Positions 28,587 to 38,917 of a stretch of DNA of 64,000 nt are shown here, piece by piece; position 1 is the stretch's first letter; every line of letters begins with the position of its first letter. The stretch is from Minisyncoccia bacterium (GTDB lineage: Bacteria > Patescibacteriota > Minisyncoccia > UBA6257 > GWB1-50-10), in contig JBEKVQ010000001.1 of NCBI GenBank assembly GCA_049997815.1, positions 20,642 to 84,641 on the forward strand, written 5' to 3'. A program made the position numbers and the translations under genes. A model generated the notes under the pieces. That model did no database searches. It saw nothing but the letters and a program-made list of their open reading frames with translations, and was not told where the DNA came from.

Positions 28587-29609
28587 ATGGGTACCCAGAT
28601 ACAAAAAATCGAGATAACTTGGACATCCATCTGGAGGGTTTTTATTTTCTGCGCCGGCTTGGCGGCGGTATATTTTGCCTGGAATTCATTTTCCGTTCTT
28701 CTCGTGGGTGTGGTGGTCTCTCTGGGGATAGAACCACTCGTAGGATTTCTCGCGGAAAAAATGAAGCTCGGAAGGGTTTTTGCCGCTATCCTAGTCGTCC
28801 TCTTTCTTTTTTTCATCTTCGTCGGGGCGTTTTATATGATAATGCCGGTCGTCTTCGACGAACTGGCCGGGTTCCTAACCCACTTTACGCAATCCATCTC
28901 TTCCATTTTTCAGATAAGTCTACCCGCCGCCAATCTTCAAAATCTCGGATTGGACCAGATCTTGAGTTTTGTGGCGGGTGCGGGTACCTCGGTGCCAGGC
29001 GCGATTTCCCAGATCTTCGGGAACATCGTTTTGATTTTTTCGGCCATCATTATAACCCTGTATCTAGGCACCGAAAAAGAAGGGGCATGGAAGATGCTCG
29101 GGGTTATCTTGCCCGAAAGCTACGAGCGGCCGGTGTCGGCTATTTTCACCGCTTTTGAAACGAAGATGCGCCGCTGGCTGGGCGCCCAGTTGATCATCAG
29201 TTTATCCATCGGATTGATGGTCGGAATCGGAATGTGGCTTATAGGTGTGCGTTATGCCCTCATTCTGGGGGTCATTGCCGCAATTTTTGAGATCGTTCCG
29301 ATTATCGGTCCCGTGATGACTGGAATCGTGGCATTTTTGGTCGCAATGGCCGATTCGACGATGCTCGCGGTTTACGCCGTGATTTTCTTTTTCGTAATCC
29401 AGCAGTTCGAGGGTTATGTTTTGATACCGCTCGTGATAGGAAAAAGCATGCGGGTTCACCCCGTAATCGCCGTGGTTTCTCTTTTGGTTGGCGGTCAGTT
29501 GGCGGGTTTCGTGGGAATAATTTTGGGTGTACCGATCGCGGTTTTAGTCCAAGAGGTATTCAATTATCTGGCGGAAAGGAGAAAGCGCCGTCCGGGTTTG
29601 AACATGTGA
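28587..29609 (+). CDS. AI-2E family transporter (PerM/UPF0118)
   Basis: ~8 TM helices with the pattern characteristic of PerM-like permeases. Confidence 0.65.
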   Translation: MGTQIQKIEITWTSIWRVFIFCAGLAAVYFAWNSFSVLLVGVVVSLGIEPLVGFLAEKMKLGRVFAAILVVLFLFFIFVGAFYMIMPVVFDELAGFLTHFTQSISSIFQISLPAANLQNLGLDQILSFVAGAGTSVPGAISQIFGNIVLIFSAIIITLYLGTEKEGAWKMLGVILPESYERPVSAIFTAFETKMRRWLGAQLIISLSIGLMVGIGMWLIGVRYALILGVIAAIFEIVPIIGPVMTGIVAFLVAMADSTMLAVYAVIFFFVIQQFEGYVLIPLVIGKSMRVHPVIAVVSLLVGGQLAGFVGIILGVPIAVLVQEVFNYLAERRKRRPGLNM

Positions 29610-29655
29610 GGTCGTGTCTCAAGAGGTTTTTTCTTTCGCTCATAAAATCTCTCTG

Positions 29656-29679
29656 CCCCGACATAAAGTCGGGGTTTTT
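29656..29679 (+). terminator. rho-independent terminator
   Basis: ccccgac-ataaa-gtcgggg followed by TTTTT. Confidence 0.6.
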
Positions 29680-29720
29680 CTTTCGGAATTGATTGGGCTA
29701 TTGATCTATGGCTTAATTAA

Positions 29721-31199
29721 ATGGCGATGAATAAGAAGTTCTATATTACGACAACCCTCCCGTACGTGAACGCGGAGCCGCATATTGGTTTCGCGCTCGA
29801 GATTGTCCAGGCGGACATAATCGCCCGCCATCACAAATCCCTCGGCGAGGAGGTGGTTTTCAATACCGGCACAGATGAACATGGCCTGAAGATCTATAGG
29901 AATGCTCAGGAGGAGGGGAAAGACGTTCAAAAGTACGCAGACGAGAATGCCGCGAAGTTCAATGAGTTGAAGAAAGCGCTGAACGTCGATTTTACGAATT
30001 TCATCCGCACTACCGACCCGCATCACATCTCGGCGGCTCAGGAGTTCTGGAAGCGGTGCGACAAGAATGGCGATATTTACAAAAAGAACTATCAGATCAA
30101 ATACTGCGTCGGCTGCGAACTTGAAAAGACCGAATCCGAACTCCAAGACGGCATTTGTCCCATTCACCCCAATCTGGAGTTGGAGCTCATCGATGAGGAA
30201 AATTATTTCTTCCGTTTTTCCAAATATCAAAAGCCGCTTCTGGAACTTTACGAAAAATATCCGGATTTCGTGGTACCGGCCCACCGGCTCACGGAAATAA
30301 GTAATTTCGTGGCGGCGGGACTCCAGGATTTCAGCATCTCGCGGCTCAAAAGCAAGATGCCTTGGGGCGTGCCGGTGCCGGGAGACGAAGCTCAAGTGAT
30401 GTACGTTTGGTTCGATGCGCTCGTGAATTACGTTTCCACTCTTGGCTGGCCCGAGAACACGAAGAATTTTGAAGATTTTTGGGGCACGAAAGATAGTCCC
30501 AATGCTCTTCAGATCGCCGGCAAGGATAATCTGCGCCAGCAATCGGCAATGTGGCAGGCAATGCTCTTATCGGCCGGACTCCCGACCTCGCGGCAGATAA
30601 TCATCCACGGTTTCATTACGAGCGGGGGAGAAAAGATGTCCAAGAGCTTGGGGAATGTGGTGAATCCTTACGAGATTGTTGAGAAATACGGAACGGATGC
30701 GCTCCGGTTTTGGCTCGCCAATGACCTCAATCCTTTCGAGGATGGCGATTTTACCTGGGATAAATTCAAGGAAAGCTATAACGCGAATCTGGCGAACGGT
30801 CTGGGAAACTTTGCGGCGCGGGTACTCACGCTGGGAAGTTCTCTCGGGCAATTCGAGGCGCCGGCGGTTTCAGGAACGATAACGGAGAAGATAGAAGCCG
30901 CGAAGAAGACCGTTCGGGAAAAGTTGAAAGAATTCAAATTCCACGAAGCGCTTGGTGCCGTTCGGGAACTTATCGGTTTCGGCGACGGATATGTGAATGA
31001 GAACAAGCCCTGGGCGGAAAAAGACGGTGAGAAAAAGAAAGAATTGGTTTTCAATCTGATAGTGATTCTGGATAACGTTGCGGCTCTGCTCGCGCCCTTT
31101 ATTCCGGGCACGGCCTCGAAGATCACCGGGAATATTGTTTGGTCCGGCTCTAAATTGGAAACGAAGAAAGGTGAAGCATTGTTTCCTAGGGTTTCTTAG
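29721..31199 (+). CDS. metG: methionine--tRNA ligase (core form, no C-terminal tRNA-binding extension)
   Basis: PYVNAEPHIGFA (HIGH), KMSKSLGN (KMSKS) and a zinc knuckle (CVGC...CPIH). Confidence 0.9.
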   Translation: MAMNKKFYITTTLPYVNAEPHIGFALEIVQADIIARHHKSLGEEVVFNTGTDEHGLKIYRNAQEEGKDVQKYADENAAKFNELKKALNVDFTNFIRTTDPHHISAAQEFWKRCDKNGDIYKKNYQIKYCVGCELEKTESELQDGICPIHPNLELELIDEENYFFRFSKYQKPLLELYEKYPDFVVPAHRLTEISNFVAAGLQDFSISRLKSKMPWGVPVPGDEAQVMYVWFDALVNYVSTLGWPENTKNFEDFWGTKDSPNALQIAGKDNLRQQSAMWQAMLLSAGLPTSRQIIIHGFITSGGEKMSKSLGNVVNPYEIVEKYGTDALRFWLANDLNPFEDGDFTWDKFKESYNANLANGLGNFAARVLTLGSSLGQFEAPAVSGTITEKIEAAKKTVREKLKEFKFHEALGAVRELIGFGDGYVNENKPWAEKDGEKKKELVFNLIVILDNVAALLAPFIPGTASKITGNIVWSGSKLETKKGEALFPRVS

Positions 31200-31200
31200 T

Positions 31201-32040
31201 ATGCAGCCGAAGTTTTTTGACGCCCATACGCACGCGAACCTAGCGGCGTTCAGTGGCGACTATAAAGAAACGATAAACCGCGCTCTTTCGTCCGGTGTCG
31301 GTCTCGTGAACATCGGAACACAGAAAGACACCTCGCTACGGGCGGTTGAGATTGCGCGCGAATTCACGCGTGAGCCCGTCTTTGCGACAATCGGTTTGCA
31401 TCCGACGCATACTCACGAGGATGATTTTCACGACGAGCATGAACTGGCCGTCTCCACTGGCGCTTCAGAGGAGTTCGATCACGATCTCTACAAAAAAATG
31501 GCGTTGGATCCCAAAGTGGTCGCGATAGGCGAGTGCGGATTGGATTACTTCCGTTTAAGCGGAGATACCGAAGAAAAGAAGGAGAAGCAGAAAAAAGTTT
31601 TTGTGGAACAGATCAAATTGGCCCACGAGATAAAAAAGCCGCTCATGATCCATTGCCGTTCCGCGTTTCCGGAGCTGATAGAAGCATTGGAAGAAAATAA
31701 GGGCTTGCTGAATGAAAAACCCGGCATAATCCACTTTATGAGCGGCACTAAAGATGAGGCGAAAAAATTGGCGGATTTGGGATTCTATTTCACCTTCGGC
31801 GGAGTAATCACATTCGCCCGCGATTACGACGAAATCATCAGGTTCCTGCCTATGGAGAGAATTTTGAGCGAAACCGACGCGCCATATGTATCCCCAGCGC
31901 CCTATCGGGGAAAACGGAACGAGCCGGCCTACGTGATTGAAGTCGTCAAGAGGTTAGCGGAGGTAAGGGGAGTGCCGTTCGGGGAAATATGCGGTAAAAT
32001 CGTCCAAAATACAGCCAGAGCGCTTAATATTGACTTTTAG
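31201..32040 (+). CDS. tatD: TatD-family metal-dependent DNase/hydrolase
   Basis: FFDAHTHAN, IGECGLDY, MIHCR, ETDAPY. Start taken at the Met immediately after the metG stop. Confidence 0.85.
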   Translation: MQPKFFDAHTHANLAAFSGDYKETINRALSSGVGLVNIGTQKDTSLRAVEIAREFTREPVFATIGLHPTHTHEDDFHDEHELAVSTGASEEFDHDLYKKMALDPKVVAIGECGLDYFRLSGDTEEKKEKQKKVFVEQIKLAHEIKKPLMIHCRSAFPELIEALEENKGLLNEKPGIIHFMSGTKDEAKKLADLGFYFTFGGVITFARDYDEIIRFLPMERILSETDAPYVSPAPYRGKRNEPAYVIEVVKRLAEVRGVPFGEICGKIVQNTARALNIDF

Positions 32041-32238
32041 CTCTTTATATGGTACTCTAAGCGAGTAAAATACCGAGGTTTTGATTGCGGTAATTTGGTC
32101 TTTGCCGATGAGAATTCGCCGGTAAGGACCAGGTTGGCACAAAAAATAAGAAGCACTTTCAAAACGTTTTTCGCTGGGGCGGTCAAAAAGCCGATCTGGT
32201 AGCCCAAACAGCGGAAAACTCATTAAGGAGGTTCATTT

Positions 32239-33402
32239 ATGAACCAGGTCCGTTTTTTTCTTCTGGCACTGGTGCTCGCGATCGTCGCGATTCCAGCGTC
32301 GGCTCAGATGATGCATCCCCTCTTGTCCACGGATAGCTCCTACTTGGAGCAGTTCCGGAACAAGACCCCCGATGAAGTTCAGGGGAAGGTTTGGGGGAGT
32401 ATATGCGCCATGAACCGGATGCAATATCCGGATTCGAATAAGGTGATGCCGGGCGATTTCATCGCTATGCCGTTGGGTGAGTACTATCAAGCCACGGCGG
32501 GCGGGACGAGTCACATGTGGGATGCCGCAAGGTGTTTCACGAATAAGATAGTATTACCTTATCTGAACGGCACTCTGGAGACGAGGGTCCAGCAACAATC
32601 AAAGTCGATTGTTGAGGATTCTACAAAAGCCAGTTCCAGGCCCTATCCCGAGTGGCTAGTATTCTTCCCGATAGTAATCATAGTATTGGCAGCGTTGTAC
32701 TTTCTCGCCAGATCAAAGAAGTGGAACAAGAAACCGGTTAACCCGCCGTTCATCTCATCGGAAAAAATACCTAATCCCAAAACAGCAACCCCCGAACAGG
32801 TTCGGCCGCTGGTACAGGAAGCATTGGGGGGAACGTTCGGCGAGAAGAATTTCAAGTTAATCGGCGATACTGAAGATGTCCTCATCGAGAAAGGTACCCT
32901 GGTGTCTTTCTTTAAGGATGGCTCCCATACCGTAAAGGAGTATAAGAATCAGGATGGGTACCGAGCTCTCGTTGAGTTCTTGAGGAGTGGGAAGAGGTCG
33001 CTGGTCGTCCTTGATGCGGCATGCTTCAATCCACTTTGGACAGCGGAGTATGCCGAATTTTCTGGCACCGTCATTCCGAAAGGGAAGACCCAGCCAGAAG
33101 TGATTGAGCGGATCACGATGGACCAGGTCGGTGACATCGGCGAAAACATCCGCCGCATCAACCGGGGCGAGGAAGTAGCCGTCGAGCCGGTTGTCGAGCA
33201 GCCGCCCGCAGCTCCAGCTCAGGAGTCACCCACTGCCCAGGAACCGCCAACTTCCGAAGAGAAGGAGCCGGAAGTTTCTGTGGAGGAAATACAAATCAGT
33301 GAGGGGAGACTCACATTAAAGGGGGGTCGGGTTAAGCTGAGTTTCGATCAGCTTAAGGAACTGATACACGAAGTTGTTCCGAAAGGTGGAGCATCATCGT
33401 AG
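32239..33402 (+). CDS. hypothetical secreted/membrane protein
   Basis: AGGAGG SD, a signal peptide (LLALVLAIVAIPASA), an internal TM helix and a P/E-rich C-terminal region. Confidence 0.4.
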   Translation: MNQVRFFLLALVLAIVAIPASAQMMHPLLSTDSSYLEQFRNKTPDEVQGKVWGSICAMNRMQYPDSNKVMPGDFIAMPLGEYYQATAGGTSHMWDAARCFTNKIVLPYLNGTLETRVQQQSKSIVEDSTKASSRPYPEWLVFFPIVIIVLAALYFLARSKKWNKKPVNPPFISSEKIPNPKTATPEQVRPLVQEALGGTFGEKNFKLIGDTEDVLIEKGTLVSFFKDGSHTVKEYKNQDGYRALVEFLRSGKRSLVVLDAACFNPLWTAEYAEFSGTVIPKGKTQPEVIERITMDQVGDIGENIRRINRGEEVAVEPVVEQPPAAPAQESPTAQEPPTSEEKEPEVSVEEIQISEGRLTLKGGRVKLSFDQLKELIHEVVPKGGASS

Positions 33403-33454
33403 GTCAAGAAGGGCTAGTATTCTCCAGAAGCACATTTGTTCTTTTATCATCGGG

Positions 33455-33486
33455 GCCCGTTGGAATCTCAACGGGCTCTTTTTATT
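33455..33486 (+). terminator. rho-independent terminator
   Basis: gcccgttg-gaatct-caacgggc followed by TCTTTTT. Confidence 0.6.
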
Positions 33487-33524
33487 TTCAAAACCCGGCA
33501 AATCAATTAGAATGAGCCAATAAG

Positions 33525-36500
33525 ATGAAGGAATACGATTTCCAAAAGATCGAGAAAAAATGGCAGAAAAGGTGGCTTGAAGACGGCACCTACGAACCGG
33601 ATTTGGTGAAGGCCAAAAATCCCTTCTATAACCTGATGATGTTCCCGTACCCGTCGGCCGAAGGGCTGCACGTCGGGAATATGTATGCTTTCACGGGCGC
33701 GGACATCTACGGCCGGATGAAGCGGATGCGGGGCTACGACGTTTTCGAGCCTATCGGGCTGGACGGCTTCGGGATTCATTCGGAAAACTATGCCCTGAAA
33801 ATCGGCGCGCACCCAATGGACCAGGCAAAAATATCGGAAAAACGTTTTTACGAACAGCTCCGGATGATCGGGAATGGCTTTGCCTGGAACGAAAAGGTGG
33901 AGACCTATAACCCGGATTATTACAAATGGACCCAATGGGTTTTCACGGAGATGTGGAGGCGCGGCCTGGCCTATCGCAAAAAACAATCGGTGAACTGGTG
34001 CCCGAAAGACAAAACGGTCTTGGCTGATGAGCAGGTAATCGCCGGAAAATGCGAAAGGTGCTCCGCGGTCGTCGTCAAAAAAGATATGGAGCAGTGGTTT
34101 TTCAGGATTACTAAATATGCCGAAAAACTCTTAAAGAACCTGGATAAGATAGATTGGTCGGAAAGAGTGAAAATAGCCCAGCGGAATTGGATTGGGAAAT
34201 CCGAGGGCGCGCTGCTGGATTTCGAAATCAAGGGCGGTGTCGCGCCGTCCTATGTTTTGCTCCACGGATATACCGGCTCGCCCAAGAAACATTTTTTCCC
34301 CTGGCTCAAGAAGGAATTGGAAAAGCGCGGAGCGAAAGTTTACGCGCCGGAACTGCCGGATGCCGAAGATCCTAAGGTTTATGACCAAGCGGCCGAAGTC
34401 CTGAAATCCGTGCCGTTCGGCGAGGACACGGTGCTCGTGGGGCATAGTTTGGGCGGAGTGGTGGCACTTAAGGTTCTCGAGAAACTGAATAAGCCGGTAA
34501 GAAAGACCGTGCTCGTCACAAGTTACAACGAAAACAAGTTTTTTAACGACCCCTTTGAACCTCATACCTTTGACTGGAAATTCGACGTAAAGAAAATAAA
34601 AGCCAATGCCGGGAACATCCATATTTTGAGGGATATGACCGATGACGTTGTCCCTTCGTACCAGGCAGACAATCTAAAGGACGTTTTTGGGGGAGAAATA
34701 TTCGATTTCAGCGCAGCGACGCCCCATGCTTGGGGAAAGAAGGAGAAAGAGGAACCCGAGATTTTGGGTCATTGTATTGATTCTCTCCGGGTTTTCACGA
34801 CCCGCCCCGACACGCTCTTCGGCGCGACCTATATGGTCGTGGCACCGGAACACGGAATGGTAGGGGAACTCAAAGAGAAAATAACGAACTACAAGGAGGT
34901 TGAGGCCTATGTGAAGAAAACGAGCAACAAGTCGGAGGAAGAAAGAATAGAAGAAGGGAAGGAAAAGACCGGGGTGGAACTCAAGGGGATTAAGGCGGTG
35001 AATCCCGTAAATAATGAAGAAATCCCGGTTTTCATCGCCGATTACGTGCTCGCCTCATACGGGACGGGCGCCATTATGGCGGTGCCGGCGCATGACGAAC
35101 GGGATTATGAGTTTGCAAAGAAATATAAATTGCCGATCCGGGAAGTGGTTATCAGGAAATTTGGTGAAACAAAGAGTGGAGCGCAAGAAAGAAAAACAGT
35201 GTATGCCGTTGTTAAACACAAAGATAAGATTCTCCTGGTATTCAATAAAAAACTCAACGAGCATCAGTTACCAGGAGGGAAAATTGAAGATGGCGAGAAT
35301 GACTCTGATACGCTGCGTAGGGAAATCGCGGAAGAAACTGGGTACGATCACGTGACGCCGCAGACATATCTCGGCCAGATTGATTTCAATTATTTCTTCC
35401 GTCACTACAAGTTCGATAGCCATTTGCGGGCGAAAGGATATCTTGTAGAACTGAATGACGAGCATAAAATTCCGGTTCGTAATTCCACCGGGGAAAACAT
35501 GCAGTCATCCGAATGGATGGAGGCAGACAGAGCGATCGAATGTATGAAGAACGGAACATGGAGTGGGATTGAGGGATTTATCAAGCGTGCAACAGGACAA
35601 GAATCACTCTGCTTCTCCGGCGATGGTGTATTAGTGGACTCTGATAATTTTGACGGAACGGATTCCGAAAAAGCCAAGTGGGAAATCACAAAGCTCGTGG
35701 GCGGAGAAAGAAAAATCCAATACCGCTTACGCGACTGGCTTATCTCGCGCCAGCGCTACTGGGGTGCGCCGATACCAATGATCCACTGCGAGGCCTGCGC
35801 CTCGAAGGGCGATGGCGAACAGAAAGAAATGCTTGGCTGGTATGCCGTACCAGAAAAAAATCTGCCGGTGGAACTTCCTTACGTCAAAGATTTCCGTCCG
35901 CAGGGCAAGGGCGAATCTCCGCTCGCTTCGGTCAAAGAATTTTATGAAGCGAAGTGCCCCCACTGCGGCGGGAAGGCGCGCCGGGAGACCGACGTCTCGG
36001 ACACTTTCCTGGACTCGGCCTGGTATTATCTCCGCTACCCGAGTGCAAAAGAAAAAAATAAGGCCTGGGATTTGGAAATGACGAAAAAATGGTTCCCGGT
36101 GAATCTCTATACCGGCGGAGCGGAACACTCCGTTCTCCATCTTCTCTACGTTCGCTTCGTGGCCATGGCTTTTCATGATGCCGGCTGGCTTGATTTCGAA
36201 GAGCCGTTCCCGAAGTTCCGCGCGCACGGGCTGCTCATAAAAGAGGGAGCGAAGATGTCCAAGTCCAAGGGGAATGTGATAAATCCGGACGAGTACATAA
36301 AAAAATTCGGCGCCGATTCCCTCCGAATGTATCTGATGTTCCTCGCGCCCTTCGAGCAGGGCGGCGATTTCCGGGACGAAGCGGTTCTGGGTATTGTGCG
36401 TTTTTTGGACCGAGTTTGGAATTTGTACATGAAAGAACCCGGCGTTTCCGGCTGGGCGGACGAAAATGTTCTTCGTCTCACACATCGCACGATAAAAAAG

Positions 36501-36920
36501 ATAACGGACGATATCGAATCTCTTCATTACAATACCGCCATTAGCGCTTTAATGATTCTCCTGAACGAACTTGAGAAGGCAAATCCCGACAGAGAGAATA
36601 AAGAAGTGTTTTTGAAACTTCTCGCTCCCTTTGCCCCCCATATAACCGAGGAGCTTTGGCATGAATTGGGCAATCCGGCGTCGATTCATAGAGAATCCTG
36701 GCCAGTCGCCAATCCAAAATTATTGAAAGAGGAGGATTTCGACATGGTGGTTCAGGTGAACGGAAAACTGCGAGCAACCGTCAAAATGCCGAGGGGCATT
36801 GCCCAGAAAGATGCCGAGAAAGCAGCATTGAGCAATGAAAATGTGAGGAATTCCCTTGCCGGGCAGAAACCGAAGAAAATCATTTTCGTCCCCGACCGCT
36901 TAATTAATTTCGTGGTTTGA
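33525..36920 (+). CDS. leuS: leucine--tRNA ligase with two inserted hydrolase domains (alpha/beta serine hydrolase; Nudix)
   Basis: Canonical LeuRS blocks: PYPSAEGLHVGN (HIGH), NWIGKSEG, TTRPDTLFGATY (CP1), RLRDWLISRQRYWG and KMSKSKGN. Insert 1 (aa ~236-415) carries LLHGYTGS and GHSLGG. Insert 2 (aa ~555-690) carries a perfect Nudix box GGKIEDGENDSDTLRREIAEETGY. Confidence 0.9.
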   Translation: MKEYDFQKIEKKWQKRWLEDGTYEPDLVKAKNPFYNLMMFPYPSAEGLHVGNMYAFTGADIYGRMKRMRGYDVFEPIGLDGFGIHSENYALKIGAHPMDQAKISEKRFYEQLRMIGNGFAWNEKVETYNPDYYKWTQWVFTEMWRRGLAYRKKQSVNWCPKDKTVLADEQVIAGKCERCSAVVVKKDMEQWFFRITKYAEKLLKNLDKIDWSERVKIAQRNWIGKSEGALLDFEIKGGVAPSYVLLHGYTGSPKKHFFPWLKKELEKRGAKVYAPELPDAEDPKVYDQAAEVLKSVPFGEDTVLVGHSLGGVVALKVLEKLNKPVRKTVLVTSYNENKFFNDPFEPHTFDWKFDVKKIKANAGNIHILRDMTDDVVPSYQADNLKDVFGGEIFDFSAATPHAWGKKEKEEPEILGHCIDSLRVFTTRPDTLFGATYMVVAPEHGMVGELKEKITNYKEVEAYVKKTSNKSEEERIEEGKEKTGVELKGIKAVNPVNNEEIPVFIADYVLASYGTGAIMAVPAHDERDYEFAKKYKLPIREVVIRKFGETKSGAQERKTVYAVVKHKDKILLVFNKKLNEHQLPGGKIEDGENDSDTLRREIAEETGYDHVTPQTYLGQIDFNYFFRHYKFDSHLRAKGYLVELNDEHKIPVRNSTGENMQSSEWMEADRAIECMKNGTWSGIEGFIKRATGQESLCFSGDGVLVDSDNFDGTDSEKAKWEITKLVGGERKIQYRLRDWLISRQRYWGAPIPMIHCEACASKGDGEQKEMLGWYAVPEKNLPVELPYVKDFRPQGKGESPLASVKEFYEAKCPHCGGKARRETDVSDTFLDSAWYYLRYPSAKEKNKAWDLEMTKKWFPVNLYTGGAEHSVLHLLYVRFVAMAFHDAGWLDFEEPFPKFRAHGLLIKEGAKMSKSKGNVINPDEYIKKFGADSLRMYLMFLAPFEQGGDFRDEAVLGIVRFLDRVWNLYMKEPGVSGWADENVLRLTHRTIKKITDDIESLHYNTAISALMILLNELEKANPDRENKEVFLKLLAPFAPHITEELWHELGNPASIHRESWPVANPKLLKEEDFDMVVQVNGKLRATVKMPRGIAQKDAEKAALSNENVRNSLAGQKPKKIIFVPDRLINFVV

Positions 36921-36937
36921 TTTACCATTAACTAGAA

Positions 36938-37855
36938 ATGAGCAAGATTCTCTGGATAATCGTCATTATAATCGTCTTGGTGGCGCTTTATAACACTTTC
37001 GCTAAGTTGAGTGCCAATGTGAAATTCGAAAGTCTTTCCGGGTTGTTCCGTATTCCCTCCGGTCTTTACCACAGCACCTCCTCCACGGTCGTGTCTGTTT
37101 CCGTTGGGGGAGATACTTATGGTGGCGCGGTGCAGCCGTCCAGAAGCTCACCGGTTCCGCCAAGTGTTGGGACCCAGCCCACCGTGGTTCCGCCAACCGG
37201 TTTCACCACTGGCCAACTTTCCCCCCATTACGGGCAAGTGAAAATAAGTTCCGTCTCCGCCGGGAATTTTCCTAACTCCAATCAGTTTTCTTTATCGGCG
37301 AACTCCCTTAGCGCGCCACTAGATATTACCGGATGGCGCTTGAAATCGAACAACAGGGACATAATGATCCCGAAAGCCGTTTCGAACTACGACCCATCCG
37401 GTTTTTCTCTCGCCTCCGACATTGTCATGGGGAATAACCAGCGCGTTAGTTTTTATAATGCGACCAGCCCGATACTAGTGAATTTAAGATTGAATGAATG
37501 CACCGGTTACCTGAACAATGCGTACAACTTCACCCCCACCCTGCCGAACAATTGCCCTTCCTCATACGACCAATCGGAGATAATATCTTTTTCGGGGTCT
37601 TGCCAAGATATGATACTTTCTCTTTGGGGTTGTTCGGAGCCGACGAAGGGGCAACTAAGTAGCGATCAGTCCTGCAGAACCTTTTTGACCGACCGTTTCA
37701 ATTACAGCGGTTGTTATAAATATCATCGCGGCGATGCGAATTTCTTGAGCAACGAATGGAGCATTTGGCTAAACGGTTCGATGTATTTCGATAACCACGA
37801 CCTCCTGCTCCTTTTCGACAGGGAAGGTCTATTGGTTGATAGATATTCTTCCTGA
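36938..37855 (+). CDS. hypothetical membrane-anchored extracellular protein
   Basis: N-terminal TM helix (ILWIIVIIIVLVALY), a Ser/Thr/Pro-rich linker and a Cys-containing C-terminal domain. Confidence 0.4.
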   Translation: MSKILWIIVIIIVLVALYNTFAKLSANVKFESLSGLFRIPSGLYHSTSSTVVSVSVGGDTYGGAVQPSRSSPVPPSVGTQPTVVPPTGFTTGQLSPHYGQVKISSVSAGNFPNSNQFSLSANSLSAPLDITGWRLKSNNRDIMIPKAVSNYDPSGFSLASDIVMGNNQRVSFYNATSPILVNLRLNECTGYLNNAYNFTPTLPNNCPSSYDQSEIISFSGSCQDMILSLWGCSEPTKGQLSSDQSCRTFLTDRFNYSGCYKYHRGDANFLSNEWSIWLNGSMYFDNHDLLLLFDREGLLVDRYSS

Positions 37856-37875
37856 CCGGCCAGACAATAGCGGGA

Positions 37876-38916
37876 TTATTTTCTTTCGATCAGTGTAACC
37901 ATGACCTCGCGCTCCTTGCCGGCGCGAAGGATTTTTAGTTTCACCTCTTCTCCCACCTTGCAATCGTCCAAAAAATCCTGAAGGGTAGTGTCGGACGTTA
38001 TTTTTTCCCCGTTCCATTCGAGAACAATATCCTGTTCCAGTATGCCCGCCTTATCGGCCGGGCTTTTGGGGATAACGGCGGTTTCGGTCGAATTCTGCCG
38101 GGTAATGTAAGCACCGTATTCGGCAGGCAGGCCCATCTTTTCGCTCAGGTCGTGATTCAACACCAGGTAACGCAGCCCCAGAAGGGGTCGGCGGATGCGC
38201 CCGTACCTTTTGAGGTCGCTCAAATCCCTCTCGGCGGCCTTAATGGGGATGGCAAAACTGATGTTTTGGGCGCCTACAACGACTGCGGCATTAATGCCCA
38301 CGGCGCATCCGCAAATATCCACGAGCGGCCCCCCGGAGTTGCCTGGGTTTATCGCGGCATCCGTTTGGATAAGTCCTCGAAGTTCCTGGACGGGTGCCCG
38401 GGAATCGGATTTTGCCTGAACTGAACGGGAAAGGCCGGAAACAATTCCCCTGGAGACGGTATTTTTGAAGATCCCCAGGGCATTTCCGATAGCGAGCACG
38501 GTTTGGCCCAATTCCAGATTTTCTGAATTGCCCAATTTTACGACCGGCAATGTTTTTCCTGTTTTTATCTTAAGAATCGCCACATCGTTTATAGGATCAC
38601 GGGCTAGAACCTCGGCTTCGTAACTCTCGTCGTCATTCAGGAAGACCGTGTAACTCACGCCGGATTCGGCGATGACGTGCTTGTTGGTCAAGATTATTCC
38701 GCTCTTGTCCACGATGAAGCCGGAGCCGCCGCCGACTTGGACCATACCGTGGGCATCTATTTTGTCTGGCGGAATTTGAAAAGCGGTTGCCTTATTCTTA
38801 TTCGAGGCCGGCAGCTCTTTTTTTAGAGCTTCCAAACTTTTTGATAGAATAATGGAGACCACTGCCGGCATTGTCCGGCGGATGGTTTTGATTATTTTTT
38901 TATCCTTTCCCAGCAT
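37876..38916 (-). CDS. htrA: HtrA/DegP-family serine protease with PDZ domain
   Basis: Catalytic triad context TNKHVI (His), D, GNSGGPLVD (Ser) and a C-terminal PDZ domain. Confidence 0.85.
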   Translation of the reverse strand: MLGKDKKIIKTIRRTMPAVVSIILSKSLEALKKELPASNKNKATAFQIPPDKIDAHGMVQVGGGSGFIVDKSGIILTNKHVIAESGVSYTVFLNDDESYEAEVLARDPINDVAILKIKTGKTLPVVKLGNSENLELGQTVLAIGNALGIFKNTVSRGIVSGLSRSVQAKSDSRAPVQELRGLIQTDAAINPGNSGGPLVDICGCAVGINAAVVVGAQNISFAIPIKAAERDLSDLKRYGRIRRPLLGLRYLVLNHDLSEKMGLPAEYGAYITRQNSTETAVIPKSPADKAGILEQDIVLEWNGEKITSDTTLQDFLDDCKVGEEVKLKILRAGKEREVMVTLIERK

Positions 38917-38917
38917 T

